This document shows positions 8,524 to 17,534 of a stretch of 64,000 bases of DNA, piece after piece (positions within the stretch are counted from its first letter, which is position 1; each line of letters starts with the position of its first letter). The translations under genes were made by a program, and so were the position numbers. This stretch comes from Chloroflexota bacterium (lineage in GTDB: Bacteria > Chloroflexota > Anaerolineae > J102): positions 5,165 through 69,164 of the forward strand of contig JAKOVD010000022.1 in NCBI GenBank assembly GCA_029782215.1, in the 5' to 3' direction. Below the pieces are notes generated by a model. The model had not been told where the DNA came from. It saw only the letters and a program-made list of their open reading frames with translations, and did not search any database.

Positions 8524-11500
8524 GAGGCACCCTTCCTTGGGCGGTGGCGCCAGGTTGGACAGCGTCGGCTTGTACGTCGGGAGCCGCGCCCACCAGCGCC
8601 GCAAAGGCTGTCCCGGGCCAGACGGCGCGGACCTGGGCGCCGGCGCCGGGCCTGCTGGCGATCTCGAGGCGGGCGCCAACAGCGGCGGCTCGTTCGGCCA
8701 GAATGTGCAGGCCCAGATGATCCGGCGGCGTCTGGGCGGGGTCGAAGCCGATGCCATTATCGGACACAACCAGTTCCACGGCGTGAACGGCCCCAGAGCC
8801 GGTTGCCGTCTCACGGCAGCGCAGACTGACCTGGATGAGTGTGGCATGGGCATGCTTGACCACGTTGTGAAGCGCTTCCTGGGCGATGCGATAGAAGGCG
8901 ATGCGCACCTGCTCGTCCGGTTCGCAGGCGCCCTCAATGCTGACCGCGACCGGAATGCCGGTGCGGCCGGACGCTGCCTCGGCCAACTGCCTGATCAGGT
9001 CGGCCAGGTGGGCCTGCGCCAGCACGACCGGACGCAGCTCAAGCAGCAAGGTGCGCATCTCAGCCAGGGCGCCGCGATTGAGCTGCTGCAGCTCGCGGAG
9101 CAGGGCACGCCCTTCCGTACGATCCGTCTCCCACGTCTCGGGCAGGACTTCCGCCAGGAGGGCAGCCGAGAACAGGGTCTGTGTGACGGCATCATGCAGA
9201 TCGCGGGCCAGACGAGCGCGCTCCTCCAACGCCGCAGCCTGCTGGGCCTGTTCGTAGAGCTGTGCGTTTTCGATGGCTGCTCCCACCTGCAGGGCCAGGG
9301 TCTGCAGCACGGCCAGGTCGGTGGCATCAAAGGCGTTCACCCGGTCGCTCTGGATATCGAGCACGCCGACCACCTGGCCTTTGACAATGATGGGGGTCAC
9401 GACCTCCGACAGCGTGCGGCTGCCTTCCATCCAGACGTACTGAGGGTCCAGGCGGACATCCGGGACCAGCCGCTGCTCGCCGGTGACCACGACCCAGCCG
9501 GAGATGCCTTCGGTTCCCGCCCCGCTCCTGCCGACCCTGAGGCGCGCGGGCTGAAACCGGAAGACGTGCTCCCGCCACAACGCCCCCGCCCCGACACGAT
9601 AGACGACCTCGTCCCCTTCCACCAGGCCAATGCCGACATGGTAGTAGCCAAAGGTTTGCTGCACCACCGTCACAACCTGCTGGAGCAGCTCGTCCACATC
9701 CATAAAGGTGCTGATGCGTTGCCCTATCTCGACCAGCACCTGGAACTGCTCGGCCCGGCGATGCTCGGCCCCAAAGTAGCGGGCGTTCTGGATGGCCAGG
9801 GCTGAGCGCTGCGCCAGGGCGGCGAAGAGGCGCTGCTCATCTTCGTCGAAGCGATGGGGCCGGGTATAGCCAACCAGGAACAAGCCATCGGCCTGGCCGT
9901 CCAGGGCAATGGGGAGCACGATGGCGGCCGCGATGCCTTCCGCCCGCAGCAGGTCCATCAGCGGCGAGACCTCAGCGTCTTCGCCGGCGTTCAGGTCGAG
10001 GATCTCCGGCGTGCCGGCAGACATCGCCAGGCCGATCACGCCCGCGCCAGGGTCGAAAGTCTGCTGCGCCAGCGCCCCGGCGCTGAAACCCTGGGCCGCG
10101 GTTGGCGCCAGGCGTTGGTGGGCGTCGTCCCAGGTCAACACCAGGCTTCTGTCGGCCTGCCAGACATCGACGGCGATCTGCACCAGGGTCTGCAACACCT
10201 GCGCGGTCTGCAGACGACTGTAGAGCTGGGCGTCGGCCCGATAGAGGCCCTCCAGTTCCTGGCGCCGTTCCTCGATCTCACGCGTGCGCGCCGCCACCTC
10301 GGCCTGCAAGGCGCGATTGTGCGTTTTGATGCTGCGCACTCGCAGCCTGTAACCGGCAAAGGCGGCCACGCCCAGGATGGCCAGCACCAGGCCGCGGAAC
10401 CACCACGTCGCCCAGAAGGGCGGCACGACCGTGACTTTCAGGCTGGCTCCCTTCTCGTTCCAGACGCCATCGCTGTTGGCGGCCTTGACGCGCAGCGTGT
10501 ACCTGCCGCCAGGCAGGTTGGTATAGCTGCCGAACCGGCGGGACCCGGCTTGGATCCAGTCACGGTCGAAGCCTTCGAGCAGATAGGCGTACTGGTTGCG
10601 CTCGGGACGCGTGTAGCTCAACGCTGCAAATTCAAACTCGAAGCCGGTCTGGGGCCAGGGGACGACGAGTTCGGCTGCATCTTCGACGGCCACGCCCAGG
10701 TCCGGCGTCGCGCCCGCGCGCGTCAGACTTGTGAGGACGACAGGGGGGACAAAGCTGCTTTCCGGCAGGCTGCCTGGATCGAAGACATTGAAGCCGTTGA
10801 CGCCGCCAAAGAGCAGTTCGCCGCCTATCCCTTCAACATAGGCGCCGGAGTTGAACTCGTTGCTCTGCAGGCCGTCGCCGGCGTCGTAGCTGCGGAACTG
10901 CTTCGTTTCCGGGTCAAAGTGCGCCAGGCCGTTGTTGGTGCTCAACCACAAATGCCCCTGGGCGTCCTCCAGAATGCCATAGATGCTGTTGTTGGGCAGG
11001 CCGTCGGCGACGGTGAAGTGCGTGAAGAGACCCGTCCTCCGATCCAGCAGGTTGAGTCCTCCCCCCATCGTGCCCAGCCAGAGGCGGCCGGCGCCATCCT
11101 CAATGACGGTCATGACCGTGTCATGACTGAGGCTGGCAGGGTCGCCGGAATCGTGCTGATAATGCGCAATAGCACCGGAAGCGGTATCGAGAGCGACCAG
11201 CCCCCCGGTCGTGCCGGCCCAGAGCGTCCCGGCGCGGTCCAGATAGAGATCCCAGATTTGGCCGAGATCGGGTGGTATCCCGCCGCCAGAGCGCTCGTAG
11301 CGCACGAAGTCCCCTGTGGCAGGATCAAAGTGCAGCAGCCCCTGGCCGCTCATGCCCAGCCACAACCCGCCTTCCGGGCTGGCGAGCAGCGTCCTGACCG
11401 GACCTGGCGAATCGTTGGACTCGGTGCTAGGGTGGAAGTGCGCGAAGCGGCCGCTGGCACGGTCCAGCCGGTCAAGTGACTGATCGGTGCCGGCCCACAG

Positions 11501-13117
11501 GTTGCCGCCGCCGTCCTCCCACAAGGCGCGGACCGTTCCGGGACTGATGCTGGAAGCATCGGCGGGATCATGGCGGAACCGCTTGAGCTCGCCGGTCGCC
11601 CGATCCAGACTGTTGAGTCCGGCCAGGGTGCCAATCCAGATCACGCCCTGTCTGTCCTCCAGGAGGCTGAAGACGATGTTGTTCTGCGCCCGGTCAGGCG
11701 CCTGGGGATCGAGCAGGTAATGCGGAAACTTGAGGTGCCCGAGATCAAGGCGGTCGACGCCATGCCCAAAGGTGCCGAACCAAAGGCAACCTGAACGGTC
11801 CTCGTAAACGGCGATGGGCTGGTTGTCGCCGAGACTGCCGGGGTCGTACGGCAGATTGCGGTAGCGTACGAAACCTGCCGTCTCATCGTTCCAGCGGGCC
11901 AGGCCGTCCCAAGTGCCTATCCAGATGTTTCCCCCCGCGTCCTCGTACACAAACGTGGTGCGGTCGTGGTTCAGGCTTTGATCGTCCTGCGGAACGTGCC
12001 GGAAATGGGCGAAAACGCCGCGGGCGGGATCGAGCCTGTCGAGGCGGCCGTCCCCGTGACGAACCCACAGCATGCCCTGCCGGTCGGCCATGAGCTGTGC
12101 AATCGCATCCACCTTGTCAAGGGTGGTGGGGTCCGCAGGGTCATGGACATAGCGCGTGGCACGACCATCGGCCCGGTTGAACAGGTTCAGGCCCGTGCCG
12201 TCGGTCGCCACCCAGAAGCGGCCAGCGCCATCCTCCTGGATAGCCGTCACCCGACCGGACGCCAGCGTCGAGGGGTCGGCGTCGTCGTGCCGGAAATGGG
12301 AAAAACGATCGGTCCCACCGTCCAGGCGGTCCAGCCCTGCGTCCGTTCCGATCCATAGGTCGCCCGCAGTATCCTCGTAGAGATCGTTCACGCGATCGGA
12401 ACTGAGGCTGCCGGGGTCCGCCGGATCGTGGCGGTAGGCGACGAAACGATCGCCGGCCGGATCGTAGCGGTAGAGTCCGCTCAGCCGCCTTCCCACCCAT
12501 AAGCTGCCGCCGCGGTCCACAAGCAGATCCGACACCGCGTCCCCCGCGGCGACTCCTACGCCGCCTTGCGGGCGCCGGTAGTGGATGAAGCGGTCGGCTG
12601 CACGGTCGTACCTGTCAAGGCCTCCGGTGGCGGTGACGATCCAGAGCCAACCCTGGCCGTCCTCGGACACTGCCCGGATCCCGCCAGCGTCCAGACTGCC
12701 CGGATCGTCCGGATCGTGGCGAAAGACTCGGAACTGGTAGCCGTCATAGCGATTCAGACCGTCATCGGTCCCAAACCACATGAAACCTTTGGCGTCCTGG
12801 TGGATGGCATAGACCGAGCTCTGCGAAAGTCCCTGCTCAATAGAAAGGTGCTCGAACGGCGTGACCGGACCCGCCCCACTGCGCGAACCAGGCAATCGCA
12901 CCTCATGCTGGACAGCGGCAGCAGGCGCTGCTTCTCCGACGGCTGAGGTGCTCGCGGGTGCGGGCGTCGCCGCTCGGCCAGGGTCAATCCCCGTGCAGGC
13001 GCTCAGGACCACGGTCAGGAGCAGAATCGTCAGGATGACGCCTCTTCCCAACCGTCCGGAACGCCGTGAGCGACCCCCTGCGCCTCCACCGGCGCAGGGC
13101 CGGTTGTAAGCGCTCAT
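8510..13117 (-). CDS. Very large sensor histidine kinase: signal/lipobox, two-component-regulator propeller repeats, Y_Y_Y-like region, TM, two GAF domains, HisKA_3, HATPase_c
   Basis: 1535 aa. N-terminus LLLTVVLSAC. More than 15 repeats of the ...G.LW(I/V)GT..GL.R.D... type. TM segment WWFRGLVLAILGVAAFAGY. Two GAF-like blocks. H-box ARDLHDAVTQTLFSA (HisKA_3). ATPase motif VVSDNGIGFD. Confidence 0.9.
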   Translation of the reverse strand: MSAYNRPCAGGGAGGRSRRSGRLGRGVILTILLLTVVLSACTGIDPGRAATPAPASTSAVGEAAPAAAVQHEVRLPGSRSGAGPVTPFEHLSIEQGLSQSSVYAIHQDAKGFMWFGTDDGLNRYDGYQFRVFRHDPDDPGSLDAGGIRAVSEDGQGWLWIVTATGGLDRYDRAADRFIHYRRPQGGVGVAAGDAVSDLLVDRGGSLWVGRRLSGLYRYDPAGDRFVAYRHDPADPGSLSSDRVNDLYEDTAGDLWIGTDAGLDRLDGGTDRFSHFRHDDADPSTLASGRVTAIQEDGAGRFWVATDGTGLNLFNRADGRATRYVHDPADPTTLDKVDAIAQLMADRQGMLWVRHGDGRLDRLDPARGVFAHFRHVPQDDQSLNHDRTTFVYEDAGGNIWIGTWDGLARWNDETAGFVRYRNLPYDPGSLGDNQPIAVYEDRSGCLWFGTFGHGVDRLDLGHLKFPHYLLDPQAPDRAQNNIVFSLLEDRQGVIWIGTLAGLNSLDRATGELKRFRHDPADASSISPGTVRALWEDGGGNLWAGTDQSLDRLDRASGRFAHFHPSTESNDSPGPVRTLLASPEGGLWLGMSGQGLLHFDPATGDFVRYERSGGGIPPDLGQIWDLYLDRAGTLWAGTTGGLVALDTASGAIAHYQHDSGDPASLSHDTVMTVIEDGAGRLWLGTMGGGLNLLDRRTGLFTHFTVADGLPNNSIYGILEDAQGHLWLSTNNGLAHFDPETKQFRSYDAGDGLQSNEFNSGAYVEGIGGELLFGGVNGFNVFDPGSLPESSFVPPVVLTSLTRAGATPDLGVAVEDAAELVVPWPQTGFEFEFAALSYTRPERNQYAYLLEGFDRDWIQAGSRRFGSYTNLPGGRYTLRVKAANSDGVWNEKGASLKVTVVPPFWATWWFRGLVLAILGVAAFAGYRLRVRSIKTHNRALQAEVAARTREIEERRQELEGLYRADAQLYSRLQTAQVLQTLVQIAVDVWQADRSLVLTWDDAHQRLAPTAAQGFSAGALAQQTFDPGAGVIGLAMSAGTPEILDLNAGEDAEVSPLMDLLRAEGIAAAIVLPIALDGQADGLFLVGYTRPHRFDEDEQRLFAALAQRSALAIQNARYFGAEHRRAEQFQVLVEIGQRISTFMDVDELLQQVVTVVQQTFGYYHVGIGLVEGDEVVYRVGAGALWREHVFRFQPARLRVGRSGAGTEGISGWVVVTGEQRLVPDVRLDPQYVWMEGSRTLSEVVTPIIVKGQVVGVLDIQSDRVNAFDATDLAVLQTLALQVGAAIENAQLYEQAQQAAALEERARLARDLHDAVTQTLFSAALLAEVLPETWETDRTEGRALLRELQQLNRGALAEMRTLLLELRPVVLAQAHLADLIRQLAEAASGRTGIPVAVSIEGACEPDEQVRIAFYRIAQEALHNVVKHAHATLIQVSLRCRETATGSGAVHAVELVVSDNGIGFDPAQTPPDHLGLHILAERAAAVGARLEIASRPGAGAQVRAVWPGTAFAALVGAAPDVQADAVQPGATAQGRVPHDEQ

Positions 13118-13123
13118 ACCTTA

Positions 13124-13129
13124 AGTATA
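13124..13129 (-). promoter_or_regulatory. Candidate -10 box (TATACT) 6 nt upstream of the kinase ATG (leaderless-type arrangement)
   Basis: The minus strand reads ctgcTATACTtaaggtATGagc. No properly spaced Shine-Dalgarno. Confidence 0.35.
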
Positions 13130-13308
13130 GCAGAAAATGGGCGTCCTGTCATTGCTGAAGATCTTTTGCTGCGCAAAGAAAGCGGCGGCTGGCCCGCGGG
13201 GTTCGCAGTCCGGCGGTTCTCCTCCGCGACCCACATCTGCTATACTTCCTCTCCCGCAGGTTCCAACCCTGCCCCGGCCTGCGCGGCCGGGTAGACGAGT
13301 CCACCGAG

Positions 13309-15378
13309 GTGAATCTTATGACAACCTGGACGCCGGATCACGTGTCCGCGACTCTTGAGCGCGTGCTGGGCGCCGTGCGCCAGCCCGCCCGCTATACCGG
13401 CGGCGAGTGGAACAGCATCGCCAAAGACTGGGGGATGGTGCGCAGCCGGGTGGCGCTGGCCTTCCCCGACACCTACGAGCTGGGAATGAGCAACCTGGGG
13501 CTGGCGATCCTCTACGACGGCCTGAACAAACGGCCGGACGTGCTGGCCGAGCGCGTCTATGCGCCCTGGCTGGACATGCAGGCGCTGATGCGGGCGGAGG
13601 GCCTGCCCCTTTTCAGCCTGGAGACGCGGCATCCCCTGGTCGACTTCGATGTGGTCGGCTTCACCCTGCCCTATGAGCAGCTCTACACCAACGTGCTGAC
13701 CATGCTCGACCTGGCGGGGCTGCCCATCCACAGCGCCGAGCGCCGGCCGGAGCACCCGCTGGTGCTGGCAGGGGGTTCGGCCATGATCAACCCGGAGCCG
13801 ATGTGGCCCTTCCTGGACGCCTGCTTCCTGGGCGAGGGCGAAGAGGCGATCCACGAGATCGTCGACTGCCAGGCGCAGTGGCGGGACGAGGGCCGGCCCG
13901 GCGGCCGGGTGGAGCTGCTGCGCCGCCTGGCCCGGATCGACGGCGTCTACATCCCCTCCTTCTACGCCTCCACCTATCTGCCCGGCGGCGCCCTGGCTGC
14001 TACGGCACCGCGATCCGAGTTTGCGGACGTGGCGCCCGCCACCGTCACCAAGCGCATCGTCACCGTCCTGCCGCCGCCAGTCACCGACTTCATCGTTCCT
14101 TATGTCGACATCGTCCACAACCGCGCCGCCATCGAGATCCAGCGCGGGTGCACGCGCGGCTGCCGCTTCTGCCAGGCGGGCATGATCTTCCGCCCGGTGC
14201 GCGAGCGGCCAGTGGCCGAGGTGCTTGCCGCGGTCGATCGGCTGATGGCCAGCACCGGCTTCGAGGAGATCTCCTTTCTCTCCCTCTCCTCCTCGGACTA
14301 CAGCTACATCCAGGAGCTGGTGGACGGGGTGACAGAGCGCTACGGCGACAAGAAGCTGTCCATCGGCTTGCCCTCGCTGCGCATCGAGTCCTTCAGCGTC
14401 GACCTGATGGCCAAGCTGGAGAAGGGGCGGCGGCGTTCGGGCTTCACCTTCGCGCCGGAGGCGGCCACCGACCGTCTGCGCGACGTGATCAACAAGCCCA
14501 TCGCCACCGACCTGATGCTGCAGACGGCGCACGAAGTGTACAGCCGCGGCTGGACGACGATCAAGATGTACTTCATGATCGGCCACCCCACCCAGACGCT
14601 CGACGACGTGGAGGCCATCGCCAGCCTGGCGCACGATGTGCTCCACATCGGCCGCAAGTACATCGGCCACAAGGCCAAGGTGAACATCGGCGTTTCGACC
14701 CTGGTGCCCAAGCCGCAGACGCCCTTGCAGTGGGTGCCGATGGAGGACGAGGAGACGATCCTCAGCCATCAGGAGCACCTGCGCAACCGCCTGCGCGCTC
14801 ACGGCATGCACGTCAACCTGAACAAACCCCGCGAGTCGCTGATGGAGGCCTTCCTAAGCCGCGGCGACCGCAGGCTGGCGCCGGTGATCGAGCGGGCCTG
14901 GCGCCTGGGAGCGCAGTTCGACGCCTGGGGCGACCTGTTCCAATGGGAGGCCTGGGTGCAGGCCTTCGCCGAGAGCGGGCTGGACATGGACTGGTACGCC
15001 CGCCGCGAGCGGCCGCTGGAGGAGACGCTGCCCTGGGACCATCTCAGCGTGGGCGTGACCAGGGAGTACCTGGCCGACGAGTACCGTCACAGCCTGCAGG
15101 GCGCGGTCGTGGACGACTGCCGCGAGCACTGCTTCTCCTGCGGCATTATCACGCAGTTCAAGGACCAGCGCCGCGAGGCTCAGAATCTGCTGGGCGGCGA
15201 TGGCTCCTGGGGCTGCCCCAGCTTTGGCCGCGGCGCCGAGCGCCAGCCCGTCTCCCGCCTGCCGATGCCCCTCTATTTCGACGAGCACATGAGCCCCGGC
15301 CTCGTGGGCCAGTTCGACCACCGCGTGCCCCAGCGGCGCGGGCTACACAGCCTGCCGGATTCAACTCAACCCGATTGA
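13309..15378 (+). CDS. B12-binding-domain radical SAM protein (TIGR03960-like)
   Basis: N-terminal ARYTGGEWNS...FPDTYELGMSNLGL, radical SAM cluster motif GCTRGCRFCQAG. 689 aa. GAGGTGAA RBS. Confidence 0.85.
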   Translation: MNLMTTWTPDHVSATLERVLGAVRQPARYTGGEWNSIAKDWGMVRSRVALAFPDTYELGMSNLGLAILYDGLNKRPDVLAERVYAPWLDMQALMRAEGLPLFSLETRHPLVDFDVVGFTLPYEQLYTNVLTMLDLAGLPIHSAERRPEHPLVLAGGSAMINPEPMWPFLDACFLGEGEEAIHEIVDCQAQWRDEGRPGGRVELLRRLARIDGVYIPSFYASTYLPGGALAATAPRSEFADVAPATVTKRIVTVLPPPVTDFIVPYVDIVHNRAAIEIQRGCTRGCRFCQAGMIFRPVRERPVAEVLAAVDRLMASTGFEEISFLSLSSSDYSYIQELVDGVTERYGDKKLSIGLPSLRIESFSVDLMAKLEKGRRRSGFTFAPEAATDRLRDVINKPIATDLMLQTAHEVYSRGWTTIKMYFMIGHPTQTLDDVEAIASLAHDVLHIGRKYIGHKAKVNIGVSTLVPKPQTPLQWVPMEDEETILSHQEHLRNRLRAHGMHVNLNKPRESLMEAFLSRGDRRLAPVIERAWRLGAQFDAWGDLFQWEAWVQAFAESGLDMDWYARRERPLEETLPWDHLSVGVTREYLADEYRHSLQGAVVDDCREHCFSCGIITQFKDQRREAQNLLGGDGSWGCPSFGRGAERQPVSRLPMPLYFDEHMSPGLVGQFDHRVPQRRGLHSLPDSTQPD

Positions 15379-15382
15379 CGGG

Positions 15383-16027
15383 TCAGGGTCCGATGTAGAG
15401 GCCCTGCGCCAGTACGAGCACGATGAATACAGGGATAAAGACGATGACACCGCCAGCAAGAGTTGTTGCCAGGGAACGCCAGATCGAGAAGCGATGGACC
15501 TCGGCGAGGCATAGGATGAGGACCGCAATCGTCCAAAGGCCTGCAACAGACATGGCGATGCCGACTATCGTGAGAAGAATCGACGCCGCCGTGCCTAACG
15601 CAGGTGCGCTCTGAGCTATCTGCGGGGCAAGACCGAGAAGAAGAAGTGCGGGCACGATCAGAAGTGACCCAAAGAGCTCGGGAATCGTCGACCAAGCCAT
15701 CGCTGCCCGGACTTCGTCGTAATCGGCCCGGCCGCCAAACCAGCCTCCTATCCACCACAGGAGTGCGCCGACAAGATAGAGCGAAACGACGCCGATGACA
15801 GGCGCGGCTATCAGCGCCACCAGCCACCCCAATCGCAGGATAAGCCTACCTGAACCACCGTTCAGAACCTGAGAGAAGAGCCGACCCAGACCGGACAGTG
15901 CCGCAAGAAGGATGACAAAACGTCCCGGATCGGAATCCACGATGGCGCGAATTGTCCTTCGCGGCCGAAACCAGATCCCCAACAAGGGGGGCAGTGTTGT
16001 GTTGCCGACTTCGCCGTCAACTGTCAT
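15383..16027 (-). CDS. Yip1-domain membrane protein
   Basis: WFRPRRTIRAIVD followed by 5 TM segments. GGAAGGAAGGA lies upstream of the ATG at 16027; the track N-terminal extension is not needed. Confidence 0.65.
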   Translation of the reverse strand: MTVDGEVGNTTLPPLLGIWFRPRRTIRAIVDSDPGRFVILLAALSGLGRLFSQVLNGGSGRLILRLGWLVALIAAPVIGVVSLYLVGALLWWIGGWFGGRADYDEVRAAMAWSTIPELFGSLLIVPALLLLGLAPQIAQSAPALGTAASILLTIVGIAMSVAGLWTIAVLILCLAEVHRFSIWRSLATTLAGGVIVFIPVFIVLVLAQGLYIGP

Positions 16028-16188
16028 GTTGTCCTTCCTTCCCGAAGAGCCTTGTCCGAGGCAAGAAATGGTCGCCGGGCGATGGCGAGCGCTCGCGGCC
16101 AAAGGATACAACAATGCACACCAACACCAAAACCATGCTCCCACTGCAATAGTCACCCGATTCCAAGCCATGCAAGGCTTCCCACACG

Positions 16189-16500
16189 TTATGAATCACC
16201 ACTCTCGCCATGCAGTTCGCTGATGATCTCCTCAGCAGTCTGACTCTTCAGTTTTCCGGCTCGGAATGCCGCCAGTGAGTCGCGCGCGTCTTGAGCTATC
16301 TCCCACTTCTGCAAGTCGAGCTGGCGCTTCCGAAGAACCTCCAGCGCCGTTTCCTGATGTTCAGGAGGCAGCACTTCCGCCACCGCGATTGTCTCAAGCC
16401 ACGCCAGCACCATGTCCCAGTCTTCGATGCTGACCACAGCGAAGCGCTTTCCTTGGATGGTGACAAATTGGACAGACTGCAAGGCTTCAAGTGGTTTCAT
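16189..16500 (-). CDS. Hypothetical protein, antitoxin-like (Phd/YefM-like N-terminus); no partner toxin seen
   Basis: 103 aa. FVTIQGKRFAVVSIEDWDMVLAWLE and the C-terminal ...AAFRAGKLKSQTAEEIISEL resemble type II antitoxins. It lies 10 nt downstream of the TMEM175-like gene. Confidence 0.45.
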   Translation of the reverse strand: MKPLEALQSVQFVTIQGKRFAVVSIEDWDMVLAWLETIAVAEVLPPEHQETALEVLRKRQLDLQKWEIAQDARDSLAAFRAGKLKSQTAEEIISELHGESGDS

Positions 16501-16510
16501 GGATCGTGCG

Positions 16511-17155
16511 CTAGCGCAGCAGCAGGATGGCGGGAGCGATCAGAATCCAGGAAAATTTGGCCAGGTCGGCGTCGAACAGGGCGACGAGGATGGAGAGCAG
16601 GAAGACCGTGGGCAGGACAAGGGTGCGCCTGGTCTCCAGCCGCCGCTGCTCCGGGTCCAGGTGCGGGGCGATAAGCCGATCGCCGCGCGAGACGTAGCGC
16701 CAGAGGACCGCCAGCATCAGGCCTGAGACCGCCATGCTGGCGGCATAGAGGATCGTGGCCGTCTTGCCGCTGTTCTCGCTGATCACCGCCGTGGGAAAGG
16801 GCAGGAAGGCGATGCTCATGAGGAGGAGCAGGTTGATCCAGAGCAGCCGCCGGTCGTAGCGGTCGATGAGGCGGAACTTGCGGTGATGGCCGACCCAGAA
16901 GGAACCGATGACGAGGAAGCTGATGATGAAGCTCAGGTACTTCTGCCACATCGCCAGCAGCTCACGCAGAAGCGCGGCGTCGGACAACTGGCCGTAGCCC
17001 GCGGGCAGACGGATCTCCAGCGCCAGCAGCGTGATGGCAATGGCAAACACAGCATCGCTGAAGAAGATCAGCCGCTCCAATCCCGTTGCATCGCGGTAGA
17101 TGGGGGGCTGGCCGTCCTGGGCAGGGGCGACCGGTTTGGTGGTCTCTTCCGTCAT
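16511..17155 (-). CDS. TMEM175-family (DUF1211) potassium channel
   Basis: Hallmark RLIFFSDAVFAIAITLLALEI motif in TM1, 6 TM segments, 214 aa. Confidence 0.8.
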   Translation of the reverse strand: MTEETTKPVAPAQDGQPPIYRDATGLERLIFFSDAVFAIAITLLALEIRLPAGYGQLSDAALLRELLAMWQKYLSFIISFLVIGSFWVGHHRKFRLIDRYDRRLLWINLLLLMSIAFLPFPTAVISENSGKTATILYAASMAVSGLMLAVLWRYVSRGDRLIAPHLDPEQRRLETRRTLVLPTVFLLSILVALFDADLAKFSWILIAPAILLLR

Positions 17156-17171
17156 GGCGTTCGTTCCTTGC

Positions 17172-17534
17172 TCAAGAGTCCTCTGCGCTCAGGTGCAGGC
17201 TGTGCAGGAAGCGGTGGGCGATCGGCGCCAGCACGATGCCGAACGTGGCCAGAAAGACCACCCCGGCGAACAGGGCGTAGGCGGAGGCGAAGAGCTTGCC
17301 GGGGATGGTGCGCAGCACGTCTACCGGCCCCATGCCGCCCAGGATCATGGAGGCGTTGACCAGAGCGTCGATCCACGGCAGCTCCCCTGCGTAGTGGTAG
17401 CCGAGGATGCCGATGCCCAGGGCGAAGGTCAGGATCGCCAGCGCCACCAGCGCATGCCCGATCAGGCGCAGCACGAACTGGGGCCGCGGCAGCAGGGGCT
17501 GCGAATGCTGCTCGTAGCGGGTGGTGAATTTCAT
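17172..17534 (-). CDS. Small 2-TM pore-loop protein, K+-channel-like with a degenerate selectivity filter
   Basis: 120 aa: TM1 (ALVALAILTFALGIGILGY), a pore-helix-like segment (LPWIDALVNASMILGGMGPVD), then TM2 (GKLFASAYALFAGVVFLATFGIVL). This is the KcsA-type layout with GGMGPV where T(V/I)GYGD is expected. Confidence 0.55.
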   Translation of the reverse strand: MKFTTRYEQHSQPLLPRPQFVLRLIGHALVALAILTFALGIGILGYHYAGELPWIDALVNASMILGGMGPVDVLRTIPGKLFASAYALFAGVVFLATFGIVLAPIAHRFLHSLHLSAEDS

